Assembly: GCA_040776945.1 (NCBI GenBank)
Contig: JAXGZN010000002.1
Location: 576,001 to 640,000 of the forward strand
From: Methanomassiliicoccaceae archaeon
GTDB taxonomy: Archaea; Thermoplasmatota; Thermoplasmata; Methanomassiliicoccales; Methanomassiliicoccaceae
Reading direction: 5' to 3'
Length of the DNA stretch: 64,000 bases
How positions within the stretch are numbered: position 1 is the first letter of the stretch; the number at the start of each line of letters is the position of its first letter. The translations under genes and the position numbers were made by a program. Positions 1 through 10,029 of this stretch are shown here, one piece after another. The notes beneath the pieces are model-generated. The model saw only the letters and a list, made by a program, of their open reading frames with translations, had not been told where the DNA came from and ran no database searches.

Positions 1-51
1 ATCGGAAGTAATCCGTGAGCTGCTATTGTTCGGGAGGTAAGACGGTCGCAT

Positions 52-330
52 TAATAATCATTATCATATTGGCATTATGTTTTATTTGTCTAGTGATATG
101 CTCTTCATAACAATATATGATTTGTCATAATGTGTTATAGATGTTTGTTCATATCTATTTTCTTTATTTTGATAGACAATAAGCTTATTTTCGGAGTCGA
201 GACATTCTCTAGACATACCGATGTATAATAAACTAATAAATCGAGAAATGGTCAATATTCTTTGATTTTTTGAACGAATGACGATTGGACCCAAACCATC
301 GATCGGAAAGCCTAGCCAAAATATTTACGG
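52..330. promoter_or_regulatory. AT-rich intergenic region, probably a divergent promoter region upstream of the ABC transporter operon
   Basis: Markedly AT-rich relative to flanking genes; TATA-like AATATTTA near 320; palindrome AATAAGCTTATT at 178-189; a possible minus-strand ATG at 51 opens a frame running off the window edge. Confidence 0.4.
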
Positions 331-372
331 ACGGACGCCATTTTGCGATAAAGGTCCGACTGGGAGCGCAAG

Positions 373-1302
373 ATGAAAGAGATCGAGATACAGGACCTAT
401 GCAAATCCTTCGAGGGACGCGAAGTTCTCAGTCACGTCAGCTTCACAGTGGAAAAGGGCGAGGTGTTTGGATACCTGGGCCCTAACGGGGCAGGTAAGAC
501 GACCACCATGAGAGTATTGCTCGGCCTATTGCGGCCGACCTCGGGCAAGGCCCTCGTACGTGGTTCCGACCTTGCGGTGGACGATGCGGCGCGTGGTTCC
601 GTGGGCGTGCTCATGGAGAACGATGGGCTCTACGACAAGCTTACCGCCTGGCAGAACCTCGACTACTATGGAAGGCTATACGGGGTCCGGGAGCGGAGCG
701 AAAGGACCTCCCAACTGCTCTCTGCGTTCGGATTGGCCGATCGCCGGCATGAGAAGGTGTTCAACCTCTCTAAGGGAATGAGGAGAAAGTTGGGGATCGC
801 CAGGGCGATCATCCACGATCCAGAGATCCTGTTGCTGGATGAACCGACCTCGGGACTTGACCCCGAGGCCCAGAGGATGGTCAGGGACGTTCTGAAGGAC
901 CTCTCGCGCCGAGAGAGGATGACAGTGCTGCTGAGCTCTCATAATCTGGACGAGGTCGAGAGGGTCTGCTCAAAGGTCGCGGTAATTAAGCAAGGGAGGT
1001 TGAGGGCCTTTGATACGGTCGAGAACCTTCGGGTGGGCAGAGGGGGCCATGCTTTGACGCTGGTCCTAACCAAGGAGCAGGACGCGACCATGGTCGCCGA
1101 GCTACTGAGGCACGATCCCTCGGTGACCGGAACATCCGTGGATGGTGCTAGAGTGATCATCGACCACGACAATGAGAGCACCTCAGGCATTCTGGCCTCG
1201 GTCGTGCGGGCAGGGGTCGGGATCGAGGAGGCCCTTAAGGCATCGAGGTCCCTGGAAGATGTCTACATGGACCTGGTCAGAGAGCAGGGGACGGGCGCAT
1301 GA
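373..1302 (+). CDS. ABC transporter ATP-binding protein (ABC-2/multidrug type)
   Basis: Walker A GPNGAGKTT, signature LSKGMRR, Walker B LLLDEP, H-loop SSH. Confidence 0.95.
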   Translation: MKEIEIQDLCKSFEGREVLSHVSFTVEKGEVFGYLGPNGAGKTTTMRVLLGLLRPTSGKALVRGSDLAVDDAARGSVGVLMENDGLYDKLTAWQNLDYYGRLYGVRERSERTSQLLSAFGLADRRHEKVFNLSKGMRRKLGIARAIIHDPEILLLDEPTSGLDPEAQRMVRDVLKDLSRRERMTVLLSSHNLDEVERVCSKVAVIKQGRLRAFDTVENLRVGRGGHALTLVLTKEQDATMVAELLRHDPSVTGTSVDGARVIIDHDNESTSGILASVVRAGVGIEEALKASRSLEDVYMDLVREQGTGA

Positions 1303-2009
1303 AATTGGAACAAGTTATGATAGTGGCCAGGAAGGAGCTACGAGAGCTTGCCACGAACAAGGGCGCCCTGCTATCGGTCCTTGTGTTCGGAGGACTGTTC
1401 ACCATTACAAGCCTTGGTTCGATCACTGCGTCGGCCGGGAGCGGCGGTTCGTCGATAGAATGGTCCATGATCTATCTTTCCATGTTCATCGGCGTGTTCT
1501 CTGGATTCACCCTATGCGGAACGGTGTTCTTCCGCGAGAAGCAGAGCGGCGTCATCGAGACCTTATTATGTTCACCTTTGGACCTGAGGGCCATATGGCT
1601 CGGGAAGGTGGTGGGCGTCGCGATACCCTCCTACCTCCTCGGCCTGCTCTCCGCCGGCATAATGGCGATGCTGTCATATGCGGCCTTGGGCATTGCGGCC
1701 GCCCCCTCACTGTTGGTGCCGTTCCACCTTTTCATCGTTGCCCCCGCCTTCATAGCATCCGCCATCGGGCTGGTGGGATACGTTCAACTGGCGATGGGCA
1801 TGAGGGAGAACCGAATGGTCAGCATGGGCGTGTTCATCCTGCTCGTGTTCGGCCTCTCCTTGTCCTCGGGAGTGGTCCAGGAGGATTCGACCCTTATGGG
1901 GCAGGTCGTCGTCTCCCTGCTCGTAGGGGCCATGGTGCTGCTGGCATTGTCCTTCGCCCTATCGAAGAGGTTGGACAAGGAGAAGATAATCACATCCATT
2001 CCAGATTGA
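1299..2009 (+). CDS. ABC-2 type transporter permease
   Basis: About 6 TM segments, motifs ARKE and REKQSGVIETLLCSP; ATGA overlap with the ATPase gene. Confidence 0.9.
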   Translation: MKLEQVMIVARKELRELATNKGALLSVLVFGGLFTITSLGSITASAGSGGSSIEWSMIYLSMFIGVFSGFTLCGTVFFREKQSGVIETLLCSPLDLRAIWLGKVVGVAIPSYLLGLLSAGIMAMLSYAALGIAAAPSLLVPFHLFIVAPAFIASAIGLVGYVQLAMGMRENRMVSMGVFILLVFGLSLSSGVVQEDSTLMGQVVVSLLVGAMVLLALSFALSKRLDKEKIITSIPD

Positions 2010-2064
2010 TTATTTTTGACGACAATATTATTTATGAATAATCCTTCTGGGTAATGGGAATATT

Positions 2065-2346
2065 ATGGTAGACATCAAGGAGGAAGAAGGCAAGAGCACT
2101 ATGGTCCTCGTGATCGAGACCATAGCAGCGCTGATGACGGCAGCTTTCGGTTTCGTGGCCGCCCTGGCATGGAACCAGGCGATCCAGACCGCTTTGGCAC
2201 AGGTGTTCACGAACCCGGAGGACCCGACAGGGATGTTCATCTATGCCATAGTGATAACCATCGTTGCGGTCATCGCCATCATCCTGATCGGGCGTGTTCT
2301 TGCCAAGTACAAGGCATTGGGGAACAAGAAATCCGGATCGAAGTGA
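2065..2346 (+). CDS. Small two-TM membrane protein (DUF5654-like)
   Basis: Motif LMTAAFGFVAALAWNQAI; TATA-like element upstream, T-tract downstream. Confidence 0.75.
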   Translation: MVDIKEEEGKSTMVLVIETIAALMTAAFGFVAALAWNQAIQTALAQVFTNPEDPTGMFIYAIVITIVAVIAIILIGRVLAKYKALGNKKSGSK

Positions 2347-2452
2347 GTTCGGACCGCAATAAACCGTTTATCCATTTTTTTATTATGTCGCAATGGGCCT
2401 GGCAAAAAGATTATACTCGGCCTTCCGGATAGGGGGCCACTTCGGTGACCCC

Positions 2453-3415
2453 ATGGAGGACAGCTCAAGATTGACCAGCTGGCAGAAGGCCAAGGAGGTC
2501 CTAAGGATCGCTTACACCCTGCCGTTCGTGCTAGCATCCATCGTTGGCGTGGTGTTCGCCCTGACGACCAGGACGGAGCCTCTGATATCGATCCTCATAC
2601 CGATCACCGTCCTGTTCCTTGCCCTGTTCGTTAACTTTTCCAATGATTATTTCGACCACAAGAGCGGGGTGGACAAGCTCCGGTTCAGCTATTATGATGA
2701 TGACCCCGGGCTCAAAGAGGAGATCACAAAGCTGTTCAATCAGAAGGTGTTCTGGTCTGGAAATTCCCTAGATCGAGGCATAATCACCGAGGCTCAAGGG
2801 AAGGTGCTAATGGCCCTACTGGCGATAGGGGCGGTCCTCTTGTCCATACCCATCGTGCTTTACGCCGGATGGCTCGCGGTCGTGCTTGGCCTCATCGGCC
2901 TGGCCCTGGCGTTCTTCTATACCGCTCCCCCCGTCAACCTGGGGGCCAGAGGGCTCGGTGAGGTTGACGTGATGCTGTCGTTCACCATGATTGCCTTCTT
3001 CTCCTATTTCGTGATCGTACAGGAATTCAGCTGGCCCATGCTCTTCCTTTCCATGGCCATCGGCTTCGGGGCGATGCTGATGCGCCTCTCCGACGAAGCG
3101 CCGGGCCATCCATCCCACGTGGCCAAGGGCGAGAAGAACCTTCTGGTACGGTTCGGGATAGAGAATATCATGAGGATAGAGATCGCGATGGTCATCGCCA
3201 TCTACGCCTGCGTCCTGTGCGCCGTGGTGTTCGAGCCGTTCCTGATGGTCCTGTTCCTTGCTCTCCCGATCCCGGTCCGGACACTTAAGGTGATGAAGGG
3301 CGACACCTCTCGCATCCGTCTATGGAGGCCTATCCCCCAGTTCCTCAAGCAGACGATATCCATCGAACTGCTGGCGATCATCGCGTTGATAGCGCGAATC
3401 GCCTTGACATCCTAG
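2453..3415 (+). CDS. UbiA-superfamily prenyltransferase (MenA-like)
   Basis: NDYFDHKSGVD Asp-rich motif, YTAPP..L..RGLGE, multiple TMs; start moved to ATG 2453 after a GGTGA RBS. Confidence 0.85.
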   Translation: MEDSSRLTSWQKAKEVLRIAYTLPFVLASIVGVVFALTTRTEPLISILIPITVLFLALFVNFSNDYFDHKSGVDKLRFSYYDDDPGLKEEITKLFNQKVFWSGNSLDRGIITEAQGKVLMALLAIGAVLLSIPIVLYAGWLAVVLGLIGLALAFFYTAPPVNLGARGLGEVDVMLSFTMIAFFSYFVIVQEFSWPMLFLSMAIGFGAMLMRLSDEAPGHPSHVAKGEKNLLVRFGIENIMRIEIAMVIAIYACVLCAVVFEPFLMVLFLALPIPVRTLKVMKGDTSRIRLWRPIPQFLKQTISIELLAIIALIARIALTS

Positions 3416-4310
3416 TGATGGTCTGGACGTTCCCCGCGAGTATGAGACGGTACTCCCGCACCGCGTCGAACCCGCAATGCTTGCAGGACTCGGTCCCTTG
3501 CATGGGACATCCGTAGTGCTTGGAGCCATCGGGCAGGGTGAACGATGATACCCAGTAAGGGCACTTTTTCGAGTAGTCCTCTATGAGAAGCTCTTTCAAC
3601 GCCCGCTCCGTGTTCAGAATGGGCAGCTTCTCCTTTCTTAGCTGCAGCGCCTCATTGACGACCTGGGCCTTCTCCTCCAAGGTGAGGGAGATATCATAAG
3701 GCGGCGGCGTGAGGAAGTTGAGCATCAGCCCCCGAATGCGAGGGTTCGCCTTCACCACCTCCGCGGTCTCTCTCACCTTGTCGAGGTTAGGTCTCATGAC
3801 CACCATGTTTGCGAAAATGTTCGGATGGTCCGTCATTTCCAGGTTGGCCATGAGCTTGTCGTACACACCAGGCCCTCGGATGCGGTCATGCACCTCCCGG
3901 GGGCCGTCAAGGCTGATGGACAGCACATCGCTCTCTTCGAATATCCTCCCGGTCCCGTTGGTGGTATATCCTATCACATAGTAGCCGATTCGGCGCCCCT
4001 CGGCGATGAGGTCCCCGAGCCCCTTGTCCCCATCCCTCCATATCGTGGGCTCTCCACCTTCGAAGAAAAGTATCTTCGCCCCCTTTTCGTACTCCGCCCT
4101 CATCTCCCTCGAGGCAGCGTCGAAGCTCATGGTGCTCCCCTCCTTCGGAATATCCTCCGTGCTCGAGGAGATGGCGCAGTGCTGGCACCTCAGGTTGCAC
4201 GCATAATGGATGATCATGGTGTTGACCAGGGGATGCTTCATCCCGAGCTTGGACCTGAGGAACCAGGACGCATAATAGGTATACTGGCGAAAGGAGCTTG
4301 CTGGAGGCAT
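3378..4310 (-). CDS. Radical SAM protein with Cys-rich C-terminal extension
   Basis: CNLRCQHC (CxxxCxxC), GGEP, TTNG, SLDG..HDRIRG; C-terminal C..CP..CKHCG; start set at MPPASS. Confidence 0.9.
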   Translation of the reverse strand: MPPASSFRQYTYYASWFLRSKLGMKHPLVNTMIIHYACNLRCQHCAISSSTEDIPKEGSTMSFDAASREMRAEYEKGAKILFFEGGEPTIWRDGDKGLGDLIAEGRRIGYYVIGYTTNGTGRIFEESDVLSISLDGPREVHDRIRGPGVYDKLMANLEMTDHPNIFANMVVMRPNLDKVRETAEVVKANPRIRGLMLNFLTPPPYDISLTLEEKAQVVNEALQLRKEKLPILNTERALKELLIEDYSKKCPYWVSSFTLPDGSKHYGCPMQGTESCKHCGFDAVREYRLILAGNVQTITRMSRRFALSTR

Positions 4311-4640
4311 GCTCGAATGAACGGCCGGGGCGTATTTATGCTTAGCGCGCTCCAATGCGGTTGCCTGGCATGGTCCAGCTTTTAAAGCAAGGGCCGGGAC
4401 GGGAGATATGATCCCATGAGGTCGACCTTCGAGCCCAATGGAGCGCTCCGGGGGGCAAGGGGCTACTCTAGCCATCCTTCCTGGTCGGTCGCCCGATCAT
4501 TAATGAGGCTATGGCCGGCAAGGGAAGGGCCCTGCTCGAGATGGCTTGACAGCGTTCGCCATTCGCTCGATGCGCACAGCGGAAGAACGATCAATGTGAT
4601 GGTCCCTGGAAGCGGAGCTCAAAGTTAGAGGGCATGGAGG

Positions 4641-5786
4641 TCATACCCAGTCAGTGTCTCCCAGCACCAAGTGGCATTGCAGGCCACCTTTCAAAGAGGA
4701 CATGATCTCCTCGGAATCGTCCAATGGCCGGAAAAGGAGCTTCATGGTCCTCTCTTCCGACCCGGTCTGGCGGTGGAGGAACCCGGCCCGGCCGAGGTCC
4801 GGCAGGTAGGGATGATCGCTCGGAAGCCACATCTGCATGATGGTGGACCCTATCTCCCGGCAGACCCTGGCCGCGGACGAGACAAGGGCGCCGATCGCGC
4901 CTTCGTCGCCGACCTCGGCCACCAGGTCCACGATGTCCATGTAGGTCCGCCCCTCGACCGAGTACGGCCTCAGGACGATGAGGCCGGCCGTAGATGGTCC
5001 GCGGCGTGCGAACAAGATGCGGAACTTGCCTCCCCGAGGATCGGAATATCTCCATCGCAAATATTCAACGTCCCTTCGCAGAACGAAAGTGAACGCCTTC
5101 TCGAACCGGAGGACCATCCTCTCGATGTCATCAGGGAAGACCACGCTCTCATAGACCTCCACATCGGGGTCCCTCCTCGCTCGGTCCCCCTTGAGCGTCC
5201 TGAGGCCTCTGTAGGCCATCTTCTTAAGGCCCCCATACCTGACATCGCGGAAGAACCTGTCAGGGTCGGCGATGAGCTCGTAATGTCCCATATTAACCGG
5301 CAGGTCGACGAAACCGGCCTTGCGCAAGACCTTCTCTCCCGCCGCGGATGGGAAGGCGAACTCGACCTCTATCCCCCTGGATTTATTGAGCTGGCGGAGC
5401 ATGAGGACAGCACGGTCCATCAGTCCTTTGTTTCGCATGTCCTCTCGGGTGAGAAGGTCCGAGCATTGCGCCCCCCGGTGGACAGCGCCGCCGATGATAA
5501 GGTCAGTAGGAAGGCTCGCCGCATGCGCGCAGACCCGGCCGCCGCAATCTGCGATCACCTCATTGGTGAAGCCCCGCGGGTTGCGGCCATATCTCCATTG
5601 CCAGAAATCCATTTTGCTCCCCTCATGGGGGAAACCGGGCCATGGCATGGCCCCGGTCATGAGCTCGATGATCCCGGTCACATCTCCCCGGTCCGCGGAC
5701 CTGATCGCCGTATCGGTCAAAGGAACCCCTGCCAGCGCGGACAGGTACGGTCGAAGTTCGTAATAATATGGTCGCTCGACCGCCAT
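4641..5786 (-). CDS. GNAT-family N-acetyltransferase (tandem GNAT fold)
   Basis: R..MRNKGLM acetyl-CoA motif, FAFPS, RDVEYLRWRY, C-terminal GDTD. Confidence 0.75.
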   Translation of the reverse strand: MAVERPYYYELRPYLSALAGVPLTDTAIRSADRGDVTGIIELMTGAMPWPGFPHEGSKMDFWQWRYGRNPRGFTNEVIADCGGRVCAHAASLPTDLIIGGAVHRGAQCSDLLTREDMRNKGLMDRAVLMLRQLNKSRGIEVEFAFPSAAGEKVLRKAGFVDLPVNMGHYELIADPDRFFRDVRYGGLKKMAYRGLRTLKGDRARRDPDVEVYESVVFPDDIERMVLRFEKAFTFVLRRDVEYLRWRYSDPRGGKFRILFARRGPSTAGLIVLRPYSVEGRTYMDIVDLVAEVGDEGAIGALVSSAARVCREIGSTIMQMWLPSDHPYLPDLGRAGFLHRQTGSEERTMKLLFRPLDDSEEIMSSLKGGLQCHLVLGDTDWV

Positions 5787-5863
5787 GAACGATAGATTGA
5801 TGACCACTCCGATACTATTATACCTTCATCCAGTGTTTTTACAAAAAAACGGGGGTTCACACG

Positions 5864-6394
5864 ATGCCGGACATACGTCAGAGAGTGAGCGAGGACCAAG
5901 GGGTCCTGAAAAAGATCCAGATGTTCATCCCTGGCTTCCGGGGATACCGTCAGAAGGAGGACCTCAGGGACGCCGACCGCATGCTGCGGGACCAACTGGT
6001 AAAAAAGCTATCTCTGCAGCGCAAGCAGGTCGAAGGGGCCAGGAGGCTGGTGAAGAACGCCTACAATTCCAAGGAATTGGAGATGATGGGCGGGATAATC
6101 AGCGCTTACAAGAAGGTGGAAGGCCTGGCATCGCATTCCTCGATGGGGTACTCTGGGATATCCGCCGACATCCAGTTCAAGCAGGACGAGATATTCCGTC
6201 TGTACGATTATGACGCCTCTATGATAGACGGCCTTGCGTTCATGCAGCAGGCCATAGATCAGTTGAAGGCCGCCCTCACTGCAGAGGACGGCCCGAAGGC
6301 GGAGGCGGAGGCCGGACAGCTCCGCGCGCTCATCGACAACTTCGAGGAGCAGTTCAAGCGACGCATGAACGTCATCCAAGGAACGGAGGTCTAG
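5864..6394 (+). CDS. Conserved-looking all-helical hypothetical protein, first gene of the SPFH/zinc-ribbon operon
   Basis: 176 aa ORF with host codon usage, IPGFRGY motif, 2 nt gap to the next gene. Confidence 0.8.
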   Translation: MPDIRQRVSEDQGVLKKIQMFIPGFRGYRQKEDLRDADRMLRDQLVKKLSLQRKQVEGARRLVKNAYNSKELEMMGGIISAYKKVEGLASHSSMGYSGISADIQFKQDEIFRLYDYDASMIDGLAFMQQAIDQLKAALTAEDGPKAEAEAGQLRALIDNFEEQFKRRMNVIQGTEV

Positions 6395-6396
6395 AC

Positions 6397-7575
6397 ATGG
6401 TTAAGGTAACGCCGGATAAGGGCGGGGCGCTGAAGGACAGCCTAATCGGTTCGGCCACCTTCAGCTGGGGCGACAGTTCCAACGATATCGAGAAGCGCAA
6501 CAACATCATGTACCGCGTCCCGCGGCTCATCAGGTTCAACGATAACATCGTCGTCCGGGAGGACGAGATAGCGGTGTTCTACCGCGACGGCAAGGCCCTC
6601 GCCTACCTCGACAGGCCCGACCGGTATGCTCTCACCAGCATCAATGCCCCCATCGTGGGCACGATCGTAAAGGCCCTCTCCGGCGTTGTCCAGCAGGCCG
6701 AGGTCGTGTATCTCCAGAAACGCGCCTTCGACGGCAAGTTCGGCTCCAAGCAGCCCTACCAGTTCAGGGACAATGATTTCGGAGTCGTCAATCTCCGGGT
6801 CTTCGGAGAGTTCCGTTACAGGGTCGGTCAGCCCGAGAACTTCGTCAACCAGTTCGTCGGCACGCTCAACTATGCGACCTCCTCGCAGGTGGAGGAACGC
6901 ATCAAAGAGCAGATGGTCATCCTCATCTACAATGTTGTGGGCGAGCTAAAGAACCAGGGCATGGGCGTAGCGGACCTTGCATCCAGCCTCATGAACATCG
7001 AGCAGGGCGTGCTGGAGAAGGCCAAGGACCACTTCGATCTGTACGGCGTCCTGATCGACAAGGTCTCCGGACTGTACATCTCCCTGCCTGAAGAGGTGCA
7101 GAAGGCTGTGGACACCCGTGCCTCGATGCAGGTGCTGGGCACCAACTATATGGGTTATCAGACCGGGCAGGCCATGCGCGAAGCGGCCCAGAACCCTTCG
7201 GGAGGCGCCGCGGGCATCGGCGTTGGGCTGGGAGCGGGAGTTGGAATGGGCTACACCATGATCGATCAGATGAGGCAGCAGCCCGTGAGCGGACCGGCCC
7301 AGCAGCAGGGCGGAGGGACGGCACCCTTCGGCAACACTGTGAAGTGTCCCAAGTGCGGCGCCATGAACCCTCCCAGCAACAAGTTCTGCGCGGAGTGCGG
7401 TACCAAGTTCGAGGCGGACAAGAAGTGTCCCAAGTGCGGCTCCAACGTGCCGGGGGGCTCGAAGTTCTGCCCCGAGTGCGGCAACCCGATGGGGAACAAG
7501 AAGTGTTCCAGCTGCGGAGCGGAGGTGAGCGGAGCTACGAAGTTCTGCCCCGAGTGCGGTAAGCCGATCCAGTGA
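6397..7575 (+). CDS. SPFH (band 7, YdjI-like) protein with three C-terminal zinc-ribbon units
   Basis: SPFH-like core (IVVREDEIAVFYRDGK...LPEEVQKAVD), Gly-rich GIGVGLGAGVGMG, three CxxCG...KFCxxCG repeats; no N-terminal TM. Confidence 0.9.
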   Translation: MVKVTPDKGGALKDSLIGSATFSWGDSSNDIEKRNNIMYRVPRLIRFNDNIVVREDEIAVFYRDGKALAYLDRPDRYALTSINAPIVGTIVKALSGVVQQAEVVYLQKRAFDGKFGSKQPYQFRDNDFGVVNLRVFGEFRYRVGQPENFVNQFVGTLNYATSSQVEERIKEQMVILIYNVVGELKNQGMGVADLASSLMNIEQGVLEKAKDHFDLYGVLIDKVSGLYISLPEEVQKAVDTRASMQVLGTNYMGYQTGQAMREAAQNPSGGAAGIGVGLGAGVGMGYTMIDQMRQQPVSGPAQQQGGGTAPFGNTVKCPKCGAMNPPSNKFCAECGTKFEADKKCPKCGSNVPGGSKFCPECGNPMGNKKCSSCGAEVSGATKFCPECGKPIQ

Positions 7576-7584
7576 GGTCCCCGG

Positions 7585-8328
7585 ATGGCTCAGGTAAACT
7601 GTCCCAAGTGCGCGGCACCCATGGAGCTGGACGCCGGCGTGAAGTTCGCCAAGTGCAGCTACTGCAGCTCCATGGTCTTCTTCGACCGGACCGGGGCGGG
7701 GTTCTACTACGCCATCCCCTTCACGCTCGGGCAGAACGAGGCCGTCGGCACGTTCCGGCGCTGGGCTGGAGGCTCCACCAAGGCCAAGGATCTTGATCGT
7801 CTCGCCAATATCACCGAGATCAAGAAAAAATACTTCCCGGTCTACCTCTTCCGAAGAGAGGTCAACGGAAGGGAGGAGGTCATCGTGGAGCCGGCCGGCT
7901 CGACCATATTGCCAGGCCTCCATCAGCTCAAGGTCCCTGGAGGCGACCTGAAGGTATTTGATGATAAGTTCGATACTGGCGGAGCGGAGATGGTCAGGCC
8001 GGACATCGAGATGCTGCACTATTTGGACAAGCTGCCTGGCAAGGGAAAGGAGCAGGCCCTGGTCTACTTCCCGATCTGGACCATTGAATATACCTTCAAC
8101 GGGAGCAAGTACCAAGTGGTGGTGGACGCCTCCTCTTCCGAGGTCTTCGCCTCCACGTTCCCAGCGCGAGGTTCGGCGGCCTATCTCCTGGTGGCCTTGG
8201 TGGGCTTCATCATCTTCCTGGTGCTCGGCTTTGTGGCCACGGTCATGCTGGTGCCGGCCTTGGTCCTGATGGCCCTGACGGTGGTAGGGGTGTTCTTCCT
8301 TTCCCTCACCGTTGCGAGGAGGATGTAA
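7585..8328 (+). CDS. Zinc-ribbon membrane protein (YdjG-like)
   Basis: N-terminal CPKC/CSYC, YFPVY and YFPIW motifs, two C-terminal TMs. Confidence 0.8.
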   Translation: MAQVNCPKCAAPMELDAGVKFAKCSYCSSMVFFDRTGAGFYYAIPFTLGQNEAVGTFRRWAGGSTKAKDLDRLANITEIKKKYFPVYLFRREVNGREEVIVEPAGSTILPGLHQLKVPGGDLKVFDDKFDTGGAEMVRPDIEMLHYLDKLPGKGKEQALVYFPIWTIEYTFNGSKYQVVVDASSSEVFASTFPARGSAAYLLVALVGFIIFLVLGFVATVMLVPALVLMALTVVGVFFLSLTVARRM

Positions 8329-8329
8329 G

Positions 8330-9331
8330 ATGGGAGATATCACCGTCGGATTGAACTGTCCAGCTTGTGGAGGGGCCATATCCATCACCGAGGGGGAGAG
8401 CGTTGTCAATTGCCAATATTGCGGCTCGACGCTCTATGCGGAAGGGGACAAGGGCGTTTTCACGATAGCCTTCAAGAACAAGCTCAACGAGCAGACTGCC
8501 GTGACCGCCGCGCAAGGATGGTGGAAGAAAGGCTTCAAGGCCCGTGACCTGCGCAAGATCGGCGCGATCACCGAGGTATATCCGATATATATCCCGTTCT
8601 GGAACATAGGGAGCCGGGTGGCCGGATGGGTGTGCGGGTACGAGGAGAGGACCCGATCGGACAGCAAGGGCAACACCCACACCGAGAGGGTCTACAAGGA
8701 GGAAATGGTCCTCATGGACCTGGTGTTCTCGGAGATCGCCTGCGATCCCGGGGACCTTGGACTGCGGTCCATGCGCAACTTCTCCGGAGAGTCGTCCTTC
8801 GAGGACCTCGGTATGATCCCGACCTTCGAATCGACCACCAGCCGCGACGACGCTCATGTCCACGCACGGCAGGACGCTCTGTCCAGGGGCCGGAGCTCGG
8901 CGCGCGTCCCGCACATCACCTTCGAGAACCTCCACGCGGTGGTGAAGAGCACCTCGATGATTTACTATCCGATATGGGTAGTTCGCTACACGTATCAGGA
9001 GCGGATGTACCTGCTAACGGTGGACGGCGTTACCGGCGGAGTGCTCTCCGGAAGAGCGCCGGGAGACCCTCTGTTCCAAAGCCTGGCGGTCACCGCTGGG
9101 ACGTCCATAGGGGGCCTGGCAGCGGCCGGGGGCATACTGTTCGCGATAGGGAACAGCTCCGAAATGGGCATCGCCGGAGTGATATTCGGCCTGATCGTCC
9201 TAGGGCTGACCTATTCCTTCTTCCGACACGGCTCGGAGATAATCGAGGGTGATTTCATCGACCGCAGGAAGGGAATGGACCTCGCCCAGATCGGCCAGGT
9301 CGGCAAGATGCTGGGAGGTGCATACCGGTGA
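8330..9331 (+). CDS. Zinc-ribbon membrane protein (YdjG-like paralog)
   Basis: CPACGG/CQYCG, YIPFW and YYPIW motifs, VDGVTG, two C-terminal TMs; start after GGAGG. Confidence 0.8.
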   Translation: MGDITVGLNCPACGGAISITEGESVVNCQYCGSTLYAEGDKGVFTIAFKNKLNEQTAVTAAQGWWKKGFKARDLRKIGAITEVYPIYIPFWNIGSRVAGWVCGYEERTRSDSKGNTHTERVYKEEMVLMDLVFSEIACDPGDLGLRSMRNFSGESSFEDLGMIPTFESTTSRDDAHVHARQDALSRGRSSARVPHITFENLHAVVKSTSMIYYPIWVVRYTYQERMYLLTVDGVTGGVLSGRAPGDPLFQSLAVTAGTSIGGLAAAGGILFAIGNSSEMGIAGVIFGLIVLGLTYSFFRHGSEIIEGDFIDRRKGMDLAQIGQVGKMLGGAYR

Positions 9332-9918
9332 AGATCGTCCAGGTCAAGTGCCCGGGCTGCGGGCAGGCCATCTATCAAAAGACGAAGGACCAGATGTTCC
9401 TCTGCCAGAACTGCGGTAAGATCCACTACCGCGACGACCAGGGGCCGCACAATGTCCCCTTCGAGATCGCCGATCCGAACCCCAGAGCTGCCGGGCAGCG
9501 GTTCTATATGCCGTTCTGGCGGCTTCGCTGCAACTTCATGATACGCTCAAGGAACGTTCAAGGCGGCATGCTGCACAAGCTAGCAACTTCATTGAAAGGA
9601 GGGGACAACGGCGGGGTGCTTTACATCTTCGTTCCCGCGGCTAGCATCGACACCGCGACCTTCAGGAGATTGGCGGTCACCCTGACCACCTCTCCCCCTA
9701 TGTACGCCGTCCGCCAGGACTTCAACGGAATAGAGCGTGTCCCGACCACGGTTATGCAAGACGAGGCCATCGAGATGGCCGATTTCGTCGCCGTGACCCT
9801 CGAAGCGGAAAAGCCAGGCACCCTGCAGTATCTCGACTATGACCTAAAGGTGCTGGAGGCGAAGCTGCTCTACCTTCCCATGGTGTCCACACCCAACGGT
9901 CCTTGGCTCGCGCTTTAG
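9328..9918 (+). CDS. Soluble zinc-ribbon protein (third paralog)
   Basis: CPGCG/CQNCG, YMPFW and YLPMV motifs; GTGA overlap with the upstream gene. Confidence 0.75.
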   Translation: MKIVQVKCPGCGQAIYQKTKDQMFLCQNCGKIHYRDDQGPHNVPFEIADPNPRAAGQRFYMPFWRLRCNFMIRSRNVQGGMLHKLATSLKGGDNGGVLYIFVPAASIDTATFRRLAVTLTTSPPMYAVRQDFNGIERVPTTVMQDEAIEMADFVAVTLEAEKPGTLQYLDYDLKVLEAKLLYLPMVSTPNGPWLAL

Positions 9919-10029
9919 CCTCCCGACTGGACAAAGTTCATACTATCCGGTCAAGACCAGGGCGTATTTGCCCGGCAGGGACGCTGAAGAATGCATAGCT
10001 TTTAGTTGCAGCTCGGTATTTTAATCACC

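Noticed and set aside
114-129. TTGTCATA half-match to the candidate operator (also at 51495 inside leuS)
   Set aside because: Only one half-site; the second TAYGAC at 10-bp spacing is absent
6392-6399. Pyrrolysine readthrough fusing TAG-ending genes to the next gene (also at 43745-43751)
   Set aside because: The downstream ATG is out of frame in both cases, and I found no recognisable gene split by an in-frame TAG
7340-7610. Repeated 17-20-mers such as AAGTGTCCCAAGTGCGGC and AAGTTCTGCCCCGAGTGCGG
   Set aside because: They encode tandem zinc ribbons; not a CRISPR array or mobile repeat
6946-8409. Long antisense ORFs (487 aa here; also 4671-5795, 21483-22421, 28892-29854, 33175-34050)
   Set aside because: Shadow frames of well-supported genes in high-GC DNA, with no motifs
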